NCBI GenBank assembly: GCA_040954595.2
Contig: CM082583.2
Coordinates: 838,542-902,541, forward strand
Length of the DNA stretch: 64,000 bases
Direction of reading: 5' to 3'
Origin: Balanoglossus misakiensis
Taxonomy: Eukaryota; Animalia; Hemichordata
The position numbers and the translations under genes were made by a program. Positions 1 through 11,700 of the stretch are shown piece after piece. The notes below the pieces were generated by a model that saw only the letters and a list, made by a program, of their open reading frames with translations, ran no database searches and was not told where the DNA came from. Position 1 is the stretch's first letter, and the number at the start of each line of letters is the position of its first letter.

Positions 1-3000
1 CAGCTCAACTGCCACCAATAAACTGGCCCACAGCAGATGAGTTCATTTCAACAGGTGCCAAGCTCTTCGGCTAGAATAGATAAAATATATTGATGCCGCA
101 ATGAATGAATGAAAACAGTATCAATGACCAGTCAATGGAGCTCTCCAATGGCACGTAAGATTCTAGAATAGGCAAATTTGCAATTACACTCACTCGCATG
201 AATGAATGCTGGCATCTGTGGTGGGCGGCGTGGAACTTTACTTGGTGGCGTGCCGGGAAAGAAGGTGCTCTCCTCAGCTCAACTGCCACCAATAAACTGG
301 CCCACAGCAGATGAGTTCATTTCAACAGGTGCCAAGCTCTTTGGCTAGAATAGATAAAATATATTGATGCCGCAATGAATGAATGAAAACAGTATGAATG
401 ACCAGTCAATGGAGCTCTCCAATGGCACGTAAGATTCTAGAATAGGCAAATTTGCAATTACACTCACTCGCATGAATGAATGCTGGCATCTGTGGTGGGC
501 GGCGTGGAACTTTACTTGGTGGCGTGCCGGGAAGGAAGGTGCTCTCCTCAGCTCAACTGCCACCAATAAACTGGCCCACAGCAGATGAGTTCATTTCAAC
601 AGGTGCCAAGCTCTTCGGCTAGAATAGATAAAATATATTGATGCCGCAATGAATGAATGAAAACAGTATGAATGACCAGTCAATGGAGCTCTCCAATGGC
701 ACGTAAGATTCTAGAATAGGCAAATTTGCAATTACACTCACTCGCATGAATGAATGCTGGCATCTGTGGTGGGCGGCGTGGAACTTTACTTGGTGGCGTG
801 CCGGGAAGGAAGGTGCTCTCCTCAGCTCAACTGCCACCAATAAACTGGCCCACAGCAGATGAGTTCATTTCAACAGGTGCCAAGCTCTTTGGCTAGAATA
901 GATAAAATATATTGATGCCGCAATGAATGAATGAAAACAGTATGAATGACCAGTCAATGGAGCTCTCCAATGGCACGTAAGATTCTAGAATAGGCAAATT
1001 TGCAATTACACTCACTCGCATGAATGAATGCTGGCATCTGTGGTGGGCGGCGTGGAACTTTACTTGGTGGCGTGCCGGGAAAGAAGGTGCTCTCCTCAGC
1101 TCAACTGCCACCAATAAACTGGCCCACAGCAGATGAGTTCATTTCAACAGGTGCCAAGCTCTTTGGCTAGAATAGATAAAATATATTGATGCCGCAATGA
1201 ATGAATGAAAACAGTATGAATGACCAGTCAATGGAGCTCTCCAATGGCACGTAAGATCTGTCTTGAAATTGCAGAAAGTACTCTAATTTGAAACAGGGTT
1301 AAAGACCATACAACACACCCAGCAGTGAGGGCGCTTTAGTGCATGTACACAATTAATAATTGATGCAGGACGGCTTGCCAATTAAATGTCTATTTTACAG
1401 AAAATATAAGGTACTTTCTCCATTTCCATTACAGATCTAGAATAGGCAAATTTGCAATTACACTCACTCGCATGAATGAATGCTGGCATCTGTGGTGGGC
1501 GGCGTGGAACTTTACTTGGTGGCGTGCCGGGAAGGAAGGTGCTCTCCTCAGCTCAACTGCCACCAATAAACTGGCCCACAGCAGATGAGTTCATTTCAAC
1601 AGGTGCCAAGCTCTTCGGCTAGAATAGATAAAATATATTGATGCCGCAATGAATGAATGAAAACAGTATCAATGACCAGTCAATGGAGCTCTCCAATGGC
1701 ACGTAAGATTCTAGAATAGGCAAATTTGCAATTACACTCACTCGCATGAATGAATGCTGGCATCTGTGGTGGGCGGCGTGGAACTTTACTTGGTGGCGTG
1801 CCGGGAAGGAAGGTGCTCTCCTCAGCTCAACTGCCACCAATAAACTGGCCCACAGCAGATGAGTTCATTTCAACAGGTGCCAAGCTCTTTGGCTAGAATA
1901 GATAAAATATATTGATGCCGCAATGAATGAATGAAAACAGTATGAATGACCAGTCAATGGAGCTCTCCAATGGCACGTAAGATCTGTCTTGAAATTGCAG
2001 AAAGTACTCTAATTTGAAACAGGGTTAAAGACCATACAACACACCCAGCAGTGAGGGCGCTTTAGTGCATGTACACAATTAATAATTGATGCAGGACGGC
2101 TTGCCAATTAAATGTCTATTTTACAGAAAATATAAGGTACTTTCTCCATTTCCATTACAGATCTAGAATAGGCAAATTTGCAATTACACTCACTCGCATG
2201 AATGAATGCTGGCATCTGTGGTGGGCGGCGTGGAACTTTACTTGGTGGCGTGCCGGGAAAGAAGGTGCTCTCCTCAGCTCAACTGCCACCAATAAACTGG
2301 CCCACAGCAGATGAGTTCATTTCAACAGGTGCCAAGCTCTTCGGCTAGAATAGATAAAATATATTGATGCCGCAATGAATGAATGAAAACAGTATGAATG
2401 ACCAGTCAATGGAGCTCTCCAATGGCACGTAAGATTCTAGAATAGGCAAATTTGCAATTACACTCACTCGCATGAATGAATGCTGGCATCTGTGGTGGGC
2501 GGCGTGGAACTTTACTTGGTGGCGTGCCGGGAAAGAAGGTGCTCTCCTCAGCTCAACTGCCACCAATAAACTGGCCCACAGCAGATGAGTTCATTTCAAC
2601 AGGTGCCAAGCTCTTTGGCTAGAATAGATAAAATATATTGATGCCGCAATGAATGAATGAAAACAGTATGAATGACCAGTCAATGGAGCTCTCCAATGGC
2701 ACGTAAGATCTGTCTTGAAATTGCAGAAAGTACTCTAATTTGAAACAGGGTTAAAGACCATACAACACACCCAGCAGTGAGGGCGCTTTAGTGCATGTAC
2801 ACAATTAATAATTGATGCAGGACGGCTTGCCAATTAAATGTCTATTTTACAGAAAATATAAGGTACTTTCTCCATTTCCATTACAGATCTAGAATAGGCA
2901 AATTTGCAATTACACTCACTCGCATGAATGAATGCTGGCATCTGTGGTGGGCGGCGTGGAACTTTACTTGGTGGCGTGCCGGGAAGGAAGGTGCTCTCCT

Positions 3001-4066
3001 CAGCTCAACTGCCACCAATAAACTGGCCCACAGCAGATGAGTTCATTTCAACAGGTGCCAAGCTCTTCGGCTAGAATAGATAAAATATATTGATGCCGCA
3101 ATGAATGAATGAAAACAGTATGAATGACCAGTCAATGGAGCTCTCCAATGGCACGTAAGATTCTAGAATAGGCAAATTTGCAATTACACTCACTCGCATG
3201 AATGAATGCTGGCATCTGTGGTGGGCGGCGTGGAACTTTACTTGGTGGCGTGCCGGGAAAGAAGGTGCTCTCCTCAGCTCAACTGCCACCAATAAACTGG
3301 CCCACAGCAGATGAGTTCATTTCAACAGGTGCCAAGCTCTTTGGCTAGAATAGATAAAATATATTGATGCCGCAATGAATGAATGAAAACAGTATGAATG
3401 ACCAGTCAATGGAGCTCTCCAATGGCACGTAAGATCTGTCTTGAAATTGCAGAAAGTACTCTAATTTGAAACAGGGTTAAAGACCATACAACACACCCAG
3501 CAGTGAGGGCGCTTTAGTGCATGTACACAATTAATAATTGATGCAGGACGGCTTGCCAATTAAATGTCTATTTTACAGAAAATATAAGGTACTTTCTCCA
3601 TTTCCATTACAGATCTAGAATAGGCAAATTTGCAATTACACTCACTCGCATGAATGAATGCTGGCATCTGTGGTGGGCGGCGTGGAACTTTACTTGGTGG
3701 CGTGCCGGGAAGGAAGGTGCTCTCCTCAGCTCAACTGCCACCAATAAACTGGCCCACAGCAGATGAGTTCATTTCAACAGGTGCCAAGCTCTTCGGCTAG
3801 AATAGATAAAATATATTGATGCCGCAATGAATGAATGAAAACAGTATGAATGACCAGTCAATGGAGCTCTCCAATGGCACGTAAGATCTGTCTTGAAATT
3901 GCAGAAAGTACTCTAATTTGAAACAGGGTTAAAGACCATACAACACACCCAGCAGTGAGGGCGCTTTAGTGCATGTACACAATTAATAATTGATGCAGGA
4001 CGGCTTGCCAATTAAATGTCTATTTTACAGAAAATATAAGGTACTTTCTCCATTTCCATTACAGAT
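1..4066. repeat. Tandem satellite of 274-bp (S) and 452-bp (L) monomers; SSSS, then alternating L/S (726-bp higher-order unit), last L cut by the Penelope element
   Basis: Marker CTAGAATAGATAAAA recurs at 71, 345, 619, 893, 1167, 1619, 1893, 2345, 2619, 3071, 3345, 3797 (spacings 274 or 452). Copies differ by only a few SNPs. The array runs off the left edge. Confidence 0.97.
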
Positions 4067-4098
4067 ATATATATATAGTAGAGTGTGTGTTTTGACAT

Positions 4099-4161
4099 AG
4101 GCGGTGTATTACTGTTCAGTTTCGTGTAAGCGGGGCCTACACTCGTCAGATACTGATGCCT
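4099..4161 (-). ncRNA. Second copy of the hammerhead ribozyme, in the inverted arm
   Basis: Reverse complement of 7348-7410. Confidence 0.85.
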
Positions 4162-4220
4162 GAATGATGGTGAAGGGTGTGGACAACAGGGAATTGGGTA
4201 GGGTGGATATGCAAATGGGC

Positions 4221-5059
4221 CTACATTTGAATGGGAGTGTGTATTGATTGGGGCTGTGTGGAGGGGTGCTGATTGGCCAGATTCTTCAGGAGGAATTTGC
4301 TGGAGTGGCGGCATGTGCTGACGAGTTCGTTACGTTTGTTGAGTGTGGCTAGTTTTGGTTTGCATATGATGAAATATTTTTCCCAAAGACATAGGTTGCA
4401 TCTGTTGCTGGTGGGGGTATAGGGGCTAGCTTGTTTTCTTGTTTTCCATGTGATTTTGTGTTCTATGTGCTCGTCCTTTAGTTTCCAAATGTATTTACTG
4501 AGTTCTGTACTGTTCTTTTTGGCGGCGTTCCTGAATGAGTCCTTGTGGTTGTTGAAGCGGGTCTTGAAGGTGTTGGCAGTTAGTCCGACGTAGGTTTGGT
4601 CTGGCTTGCTATCCTGCGTAGTAACGGTGGCTTGGTATACAATTGATTCGGTCAGGCAGTGTCCTGACATTGGGCAGTTTGCAGGTGACCGGCAGTTGCA
4701 TTGTTTTTTAGTGCTGTTGTCGTTGTTGCTGGAAAGTACCGATTTGTTGTGATTCTGGATGGTTTGTGCTGTGTTGCTCATGGTGCTGTAGCTTATTTTT
4801 ACTGTGTTCCGGTTGAATATCTTGTGGAGGGTGTGGCTTGGTGGGAATTCTTCGTTAATTATTTTGAGGAACTCTCTCCCTATATGTGTGGCGACGTTTT
4901 TACTGTACGGTGGGGTGTACCATATTATGTTCCTGCTGCGGTTTCTCTTGTGGGCTTGTGGTTGTTCTGTTGGCGGCGTGAATTTCAGTTCATGTTTGTA
5001 TCCGCTTTTGTAGATGGCCTGTTGGTATAGTGGTGCGGCCGTGTTGAAGCATTCGTCGT
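4221..5059 (-). pseudogene. Inverted partial copy of the Penelope ORF C-terminus (GIY-YIG portion only)
   Basis: ORF 4221..5063 is nearly identical to the end of ORF 6092..7288 and has no RT or start of its own. Confidence 0.9.
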
Positions 5060-5126
5060 GCAACGAACTCCCAAATCGTATTACTACGCTCCTTTGTGTC
5101 GAGCACTCTTCGCAAATACCACTGTC

Positions 5127-7288
5127 ATGGAACCCAGAAGTTTTGACTATTCAACGAAGAACATCGGACTACCATCAGAACGTGAGTACAACAGGAAACT
5201 GATAGAAAAAACCGAGCACCTATGCAGACGCATGAGATGGAAAGCCTACTTCTTTCTAAACCCAGAAACACGTGCCATAAACAAAGAAACATACGGATTC
5301 AACTCAAAAAAGACACCACCGCAAATTCAAGAATTGGTAAGCTTTGAAGGCAGGCTGCTGAACATGATCGAAAACATAAAATTTCAAAATATTAACTGCC
5401 GCTTCCAAAGACAACTAGCATCAGATGTTAGCAAAATCAAGAAATCCCAGGACCTCCTCGCACCAGCAGACAAATCCAACAACTTTTACAAGATGGACCC
5501 CCCTTCCTACAATACCTTACTAAGCAAGAACATTACTAAGTCATATAAGAAGGTCCCCCCGGAAACCACCAAAATGATCGAAACCGACGCCGCCCACATT
5601 GCAGCAAAACTAGACATTGGTGACAGAATCAACACCACAGCCAAAAGGGAAGCATTCATAACCCTGAAAGACCATAAGCCCAACTTCAAAAACAAGCCTA
5701 CATGCCGTCTCATCAACCCAGCAAAATCAGAAATCGGAAAAATCAGCAAACAAATACTAGACAGAATCAACAAGAAAGTCATCACAAAGACAGGTCTCAA
5801 CCAATGGAAGAGCACCAAAGCAGTCCTAAAATGGTTTAATAGCATCCCCAACAAGCACCAATATTCATTCATTGCATTCGATGTGGTAGACTTTTACCCA
5901 TCCATCTCGGCCGACCTGCTCAACACAGCGCTGGAATTTGCATCCAACCATGATAATATCACCAATGACGAAAAAGAAATTATCACCCATGCCAAGAGAT
6001 CATGCCTCTTCAACGAAAATGAACAATGGACGAAAAAATCATCATCCAACCTATTTGACGTAACCATGGGGAGCTACGATGGCGCCGAAACATGCGAGCT
6101 TGTCGGCACATTCATACTCCACGAGATCACCAAAAAACACGGCAACCAATTTGGCCTATACAGGGACGACGGCCTCGGTATAATCAAGGCGTCAGCACGA
6201 CAAGTGGAACGCAAAAAGAAAGACCTCTGCGCCATCTTCAACCAATATGGACTGAAAATCACAATCGAAGCCAACAAAAAAATTGTGAACTTTCTCGACA
6301 CCACCCTGAACCTAACCACCGGAAAATACCAGCCCTACACGAAACCCAACAACATACCGCAATACGTCCACAGCAAATCAAACCACCCACCAGGAATCCT
6401 AAAAACATACCAGAATCCATCAACAAGCGACTCTCAGAAATTTCATATGACGACGAATGCTTCAACACGGCCGCACCACTATACCAACAGGCCATCTACA
6501 AAAGCGGATACAAACATGAACTGAAATTCACGCCGCCAACAGAACAACCACAAGCCCACAAGAGAAACCGCAGCAGGAACATAATATGGTACACCCCACC
6601 GTACAGTAAAAACGTCGCCACACATATAGGGAGAGAGTTCCTCAAAATAATTAACGAAGAATTCCCACCAAGCCACACCCTCCACAAGATATTCAACCGG
6701 AACACAGTAAAAATAAGCTACAGCACCATGAGCAACACAGCACAAACCATCCAGAATCACAACAAATCGGTACTTTCCAGCAACAACGACAACAGCACTA
6801 AAAAACAATGCAACTGCCGGTCACCTGCAAACTGCCCAATGTCAGGACACTGCCTGACCGAATCAATTGTATACCAAGCCACCGTTACTACGCAGGATAG
6901 CAAGCCAGACCAAACCTACGTCGGACTAACTGCCAACACCTTCAAGACCCGCTTCAACAACCACAAGGACTCATTCAGGAACGCCGCCAAAAAGAACAGT
7001 ACAGAACTCAGTAAATACATTTGGAAACTAAAGGACGAGCACATAGAACACAAAATCACATGGAAAACAATAAAACAAGCTAGCCCCTATACCCCCACCA
7101 GCAACAGATGCAACCTATGTCTTTGGGAAAAATATTTCATCATATGCAAACCAAAACTAGCCACACTCAACAAACGTAACGAACTCGTCAGCACATGCCG
7201 CCACTCCAGCAAATTCCTCCTGAAGAATCTGGCCAATCAGCACCCCTCCACACAGCCCCAATCAATACACGCTCCCATTCAAATGTAG
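5127..7288 (+). pseudogene. Penelope-like RT/GIY-YIG endonuclease ORF with one 1-bp frameshift
   Basis: MEPRSFDYSTKNIG start; RT motifs FDVVDFYPSI, MGSYDGAE, GLYRDDGL; CNCRSPANCPMSGHCL linker; GIY-YIG IVYQATV..YVGLT..FKTRF; CNLCLWEK..LNKRNEL..CRH end. One extra A in the A5 run at 6401-6405 would join the two ORFs as PPGILKNIPESINKR. Confidence 0.88.
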
Positions 7289-7347
7289 GCCCATTTGCTT
7301 ATCCACCCTACCCAATTCCCTGTTGTCCACACCCTTCACCATCATTC

Positions 7348-7410
7348 AGGCATCAGTATCTGACGAGTGTAGGCCCCGCTTACACGAAACTGAACAGTAA
7401 TACACCGCCT
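7348..7410 (+). ncRNA. Minimal type I hammerhead ribozyme in the Penelope 3' region
   Basis: Core CTGACGA, stem II GTGTAGG/CTTACAC, GAAA, short stem III CTG-AA-CAG, GTA cleavage triplet, stem I GTAT/ATAC extended by AGGC/GCCT. Confidence 0.85.
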
Positions 7411-7512
7411 ATGTCAAAACAGCCTTAGTTCCCTTGCACACTCTACTATCAAGCTCTGGATTTACACCATCGAGCACTCTGCCAGCAGTACTTGCAACGA
7501 ACTCCCAAATCG

Positions 7513-7515
<3 letters not shown>

Positions 7516-7546
<31 letters not shown>
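7516..7546. repeat. (TA)n microsatellite at the Penelope 3' junction
   Basis: About 15 TA units; a shorter (TA)n lies at 4065-4077 on the other side. Confidence 0.95.
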
Positions 7547-7549
<3 letters not shown>

Positions 7550-7865
7550 ATACATGCCTAAATATAGGGATAAACTGTGTTAACGCCATCTTGAAAATTT
7601 GCAGTGCATTATCGGTCAATTGAGTCCCAGTTGGGGGGGGGGGGGAGTAGCGTCTACAACCTATCCAATTTTCCAGCAGTTTTGTCAGATTTTCTTCAAG
7701 TAACGTTAGTAGTAGTAGTTACATGAAGAAAATCTGACTAAACCGCTGGAAATGGATAGGTTGTAGTGGTACTCCCCCCAACCGGAACTCAATTGACCCA
7801 TAATGCACTGCAAATTTTCAAGATGGCATTAACAGTTTATCCCTACATTTAGGCATGTATGACAT
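7545..7865. mobile_element. Foldback/MITE-like palindromic element (~320 bp)
   Basis: ATGTCATACATGCCTAAATATAGGGATAAACTG... is mirrored by ...CAGTTTATCCCTACATTTAGGCATGTATGACAT. The inversion continues almost to the centre. Confidence 0.85.
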
Positions 7866-7888
7866 TGTGTTTTGATTTTTTTTTTTAG

Positions 7889-8762
7889 ATGGGTATGATA
7901 AACTATCTCCATATGGATTTGCCATTCATGGTTGCATCGATGGGTAAGTGCTATCAACTTATCATCTATACAAACCTTTCTGAGGAATGCTGGAGACCCA
8001 TTGTAACACCATTGGTTTTTTGAGAATCACAATATTGATGAAAGCTAAGATTAATGAAGCACATTTAGTAACAATTCTGTGGAAATATGTTTATGCAATG
8101 AAATTTACTTATTCCTTTTTTAATTTGAAAATTAATAATAACTTTGTTTTCTATAGATTTTCGCGAAGGGTGTTGTGGTTGAAAGTTGGTGCATCAAACA
8201 ATGATCCAAGCAAAGTTGCTTCCTATTTCATAGACACAGTTGAGAAGCTGAAAGGTAATAGACACATTCACTTAAGGTTGTTAAACATATCATTTTGACA
8301 AAATTTGTTTTATTGACATTTCTGAACTGGGTAAAGGCGATAAATTTAGCCAACCACTAATCAATGACAATTATCCATTGCATGCTCATATTAGTCTTGT
8401 ACCCAATATTTCCTGTGGCAACATTGTAATGATCTTCACATATCCAGGCTGTGTTGAAAAACATTGAAACTACGTGTAGGCAGTAAAGCATTTGGAATGA
8501 AAATCTTTCTTAAAAATTAAATCTAGTGTGTACAATTTTTTTTTTTTTTTTTTTTTTTGGGGGGGGGGTTAACATTTTAACTGTAAGAGCTGCCAATGTC
8601 AATCCTAATTTGTTTGCAGGTTGCCCCAGGATCTTGCGAGCAGATCATGGCACAGAAACAGGAGTGATAATGACTGCTCAAGCCATGTTGAGGACAGATG
8701 GTGATGATGCTTTTGCTGACAACAGCTTTTGGTATGGTCCTTCAACTGCTAACCAGGTCAGT

Positions 8763-8798
<36 letters not shown>

Positions 8799-11700
8799 TT
8801 TTATTTACCCATTAATTAAAGGGTACATATGATAGGTAAAATACAAATGGTGGGTAAATATGGAGTCAGGAAATAGCCACAGCTAGTCTAGCCTGTACTC
8901 CTACAATATAGCTTGCTTGGTTACAGAAAAAAAAAGATAATGTTGAGGGAACGCTTGAAGCGTGATTCAAGTACGATCTCACTACAACAGTGTAAAGTTA
9001 TCCATTGCAAATGGTAATGGAAAAAAGAAAGGAACAACAATCACAAACAAACAAACAAAACAGCATCATACTACATCAAGAAAATTACAAATTCATTTGT
9101 ACTGGTTTAAGAGGTGTTGTTTAAATGTCCTACGAAATTGGCATAAAGTATTTGAAGACTTAATTTGTGGAGGAATATCGTTCCAGATTTTTGCTCCAGT
9201 ATGTGATATCGAGAACTGGCCTGAGTTTGTTTTGGCATGGAACGGGCGTAGATAGTGATGTAACCAAATTCTGGTATTATGCTCATGACTTGTTGTGTCA
9301 AAATAATCTGAAAGTGAATGTGGAGATTTCTGGTGATATAAATAATAAATGAAGGAACCTAGTAAATAACTGTGAAGCTTGGTAATATCCAAAATATTCA
9401 GTTGATTAAAGAGAGGAGAAGAATGGTCCATGTGTGATTTGAAAAGCATTATACGTACAATTGTTTTTTGGGCAACTTGGATACAACGTAACTTTGTGGG
9501 GTAAGTATTGCCCCAAACCTCAAGACCATATGTAACATGGGGGAGTATGAAGGCGTTGTAATACAAAATTCTGATATGGAGTGGTAAAATATTTCTAATC
9601 TTGTATAAAATTCCACAGTGCTTCCTAATGAGATTATTTATTTTGTTAATTTGATGTGACCATGACAGATGCTTATCCAATAAAACCCCAACAAATGGTA
9701 TCACATCAACCTCTTTGATTTCTTCATTCTGGATTTGCAATGACCCAAGAACATTAAGTTTTTTCTGCCGACCCCTAAAAATAATAAAGTGAGTCTTGGC
9801 CCTATTAATTGTTAGTTTGTTGGCATTGCACCATTGCTGAACATCATTTAAATAAGAGGATATATGAGTCAAGTTAATACTATCTGCACCTGAGAAGGAA
9901 TGGAAGAGATTGGAGTCGTCAGCAAATAAACGGAAATCAAAAAATGTAGAAGAATTTGGAAGGTCATTGATATAAATAAGGAAAAGGGTTGGGCCCAAAA
10001 CTGATCCCTGTGGGACTCCATTGTGGATCAAGGACTTTTCTGAAACATGACTGGTTAATGTGACATACTGTGAGCGGTCTGTGAGGTAGCTGTTAAACCA
10101 ATGCTGGCAGGGGCCCCTAAACCCGTAATGTTCAAGCTTGGACAATAAAGTGGCATGGTGAATGGTATCGAAAGCTTTGCTGAAGTCAATAAACACCCCC
10201 AGTGTGGAATTCCCCTTATCAATTTCTTTTAACAAGTGGTTAACTAAGTTAATCAAAGTGTGCTTGGTGCTATGGTTCTTTCTAAAGCCATACTGGTGCT
10301 TATATAATATATTATATTTATCAAGGTAAGTAATCACTTGTTTGTTTACCACTTTTTCTATCACTTTACTGAACATTGATAAAATGGCGATGGGTCTGTA
10401 GTTCCCAGCAATGTTCTGTTCTCCTTTCTTGAAGATAGGTTTAACCTTAGCGACTTTTAAGGAATTAGGGAAGACACCGGTACAGAAAGACATATTTATG
10501 ATGTGGGTCAAAGGTTGAGCAATAACATCAGCTGCATCAATTAGGAGTCTTGGAGGAATATTATCCCACCCACTGGCCTTTTTACTGTCAAGATGCACCA
10601 AAATCTCTTTTATCTCAGCAACCGTAACAGGATGGAGAAAAAAAGAGTTTGGCATAGGATCATTCATATAATTTTTAAAATCTTTTGTGGTTTTTGGAAT
10701 GTGTTTTGCCAGATTTTGACCCACATGTACAAAGAAGTCATTAAAACACTTAGCCATATCAGCTGGCTTATCTACCAACCTTTCAATCCCATTTACATTG
10801 ACCTTTAACTGATCTGGTGCTTTATCTAAAGTAGTGTTTTTACCAAGCAACTCATTTACAACATTCCACACTTTACCATTGTTGTTTACAGTGAATAAAT
10901 TAGCATAATACACCCTTTTGGCTTTTCTTAAAACACTTGTAAGAATATTTCTGTAGGTTGTGTAGCGAGCAACAGCACTTGGTTCATGTTGTGTGGTGAC
11001 AACTTTAGCATATAGTTTGCGTTTGGTGCGAATTGACTTCTTAATAGCTTTGGTAATCCAGGGATTTTTGTTACACTTGGCCTTAATAGTTTTAACCTCA
11101 AGTGGGGCATGATGGTCACACACCTGGCTGAACAAATTGCTGAAGGTGTCAAAAGCAGTGTTTACACAGCTATTGTTATGCATAACAACGTTCCAGTTAA
11201 CATTAATTAAATCAGAAATAAAACGAGCAGAGTTATAGCGCCTGAAATTCCTTGTACAAACTGACCGTACAAATGGCGTGTGGACATTGAAGTTGTTGAA
11301 AATAGAGAAAATAGGTAAGTGATCTGAAATATCAGCAATAATTGTACCAGCATCAATGTGACAAGAGCTAATATTGGAATAAATATGATCAATGGTCGAC
11401 TTGGAAGTACTTGTAATACGAGTTGGGGAGGAGATTAACTGTTCTAGATGAAGACATTGCATCCTTGGTATAAAATCCCGAGCACTTGAATCTGGACTTG
11501 ACACATCAATATTAAAGTCACCCATAAGAATACAATGTTTTTTATCCAGTTTCAAAGAACAAAGAACATTAAAAAGACTGTCTTCAAACTCTGTGACACT
11601 AGTTCCTGGTTTGCGATATAACACACCGACAACTATGCGATTCTTTAACCCGCATATTTCAAACCATAGTGATTCAGAATGAACCACATTAAAGTTTAAC

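Larger units (their letters stand above)
4075..7517 (+). mobile_element. Penelope-like retroelement (C-terminal GIY-YIG, probably Hydra clade): full copy preceded by an inverted partial 3' copy, flanked by (TA)n
   Basis: Single RT+GIY-YIG ORF. 4075-5059 is the reverse complement of ~6450-7449. A 25-bp direct repeat TGCAACGAACTCCCAAATCGTATTA occurs at 5059-5083 and 7493-7517. TA microsatellite on both sides; hammerhead motif in the 3' region. Confidence 0.92.

Noticed and set aside
30-120. CAGATGAG..GAAA in the 274-bp monomer as a hammerhead
   Set aside because: The core is CAGATGA, not CTGANGA, and the flanking stems do not form.
1230-1450. Splice-like or spliced-leader-like signals in the 452-bp monomer (TGGCAC-GTAAGA, TTTTACAG-AAAATATAAG-GTACT, CATTACAG), and a QWHV peptide that might be the missing transposase exon
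   Set aside because: Stops lie just upstream in frame, the spacing does not fit GPNxxWH, and there is no clear Sm site or SL fold.
71-3292. Seven near-identical 73-aa minus-strand ORFs
   Set aside because: By-products of the 274-bp monomer: non-ATG start, no recognisable domain, and broken in the 452-bp monomer.
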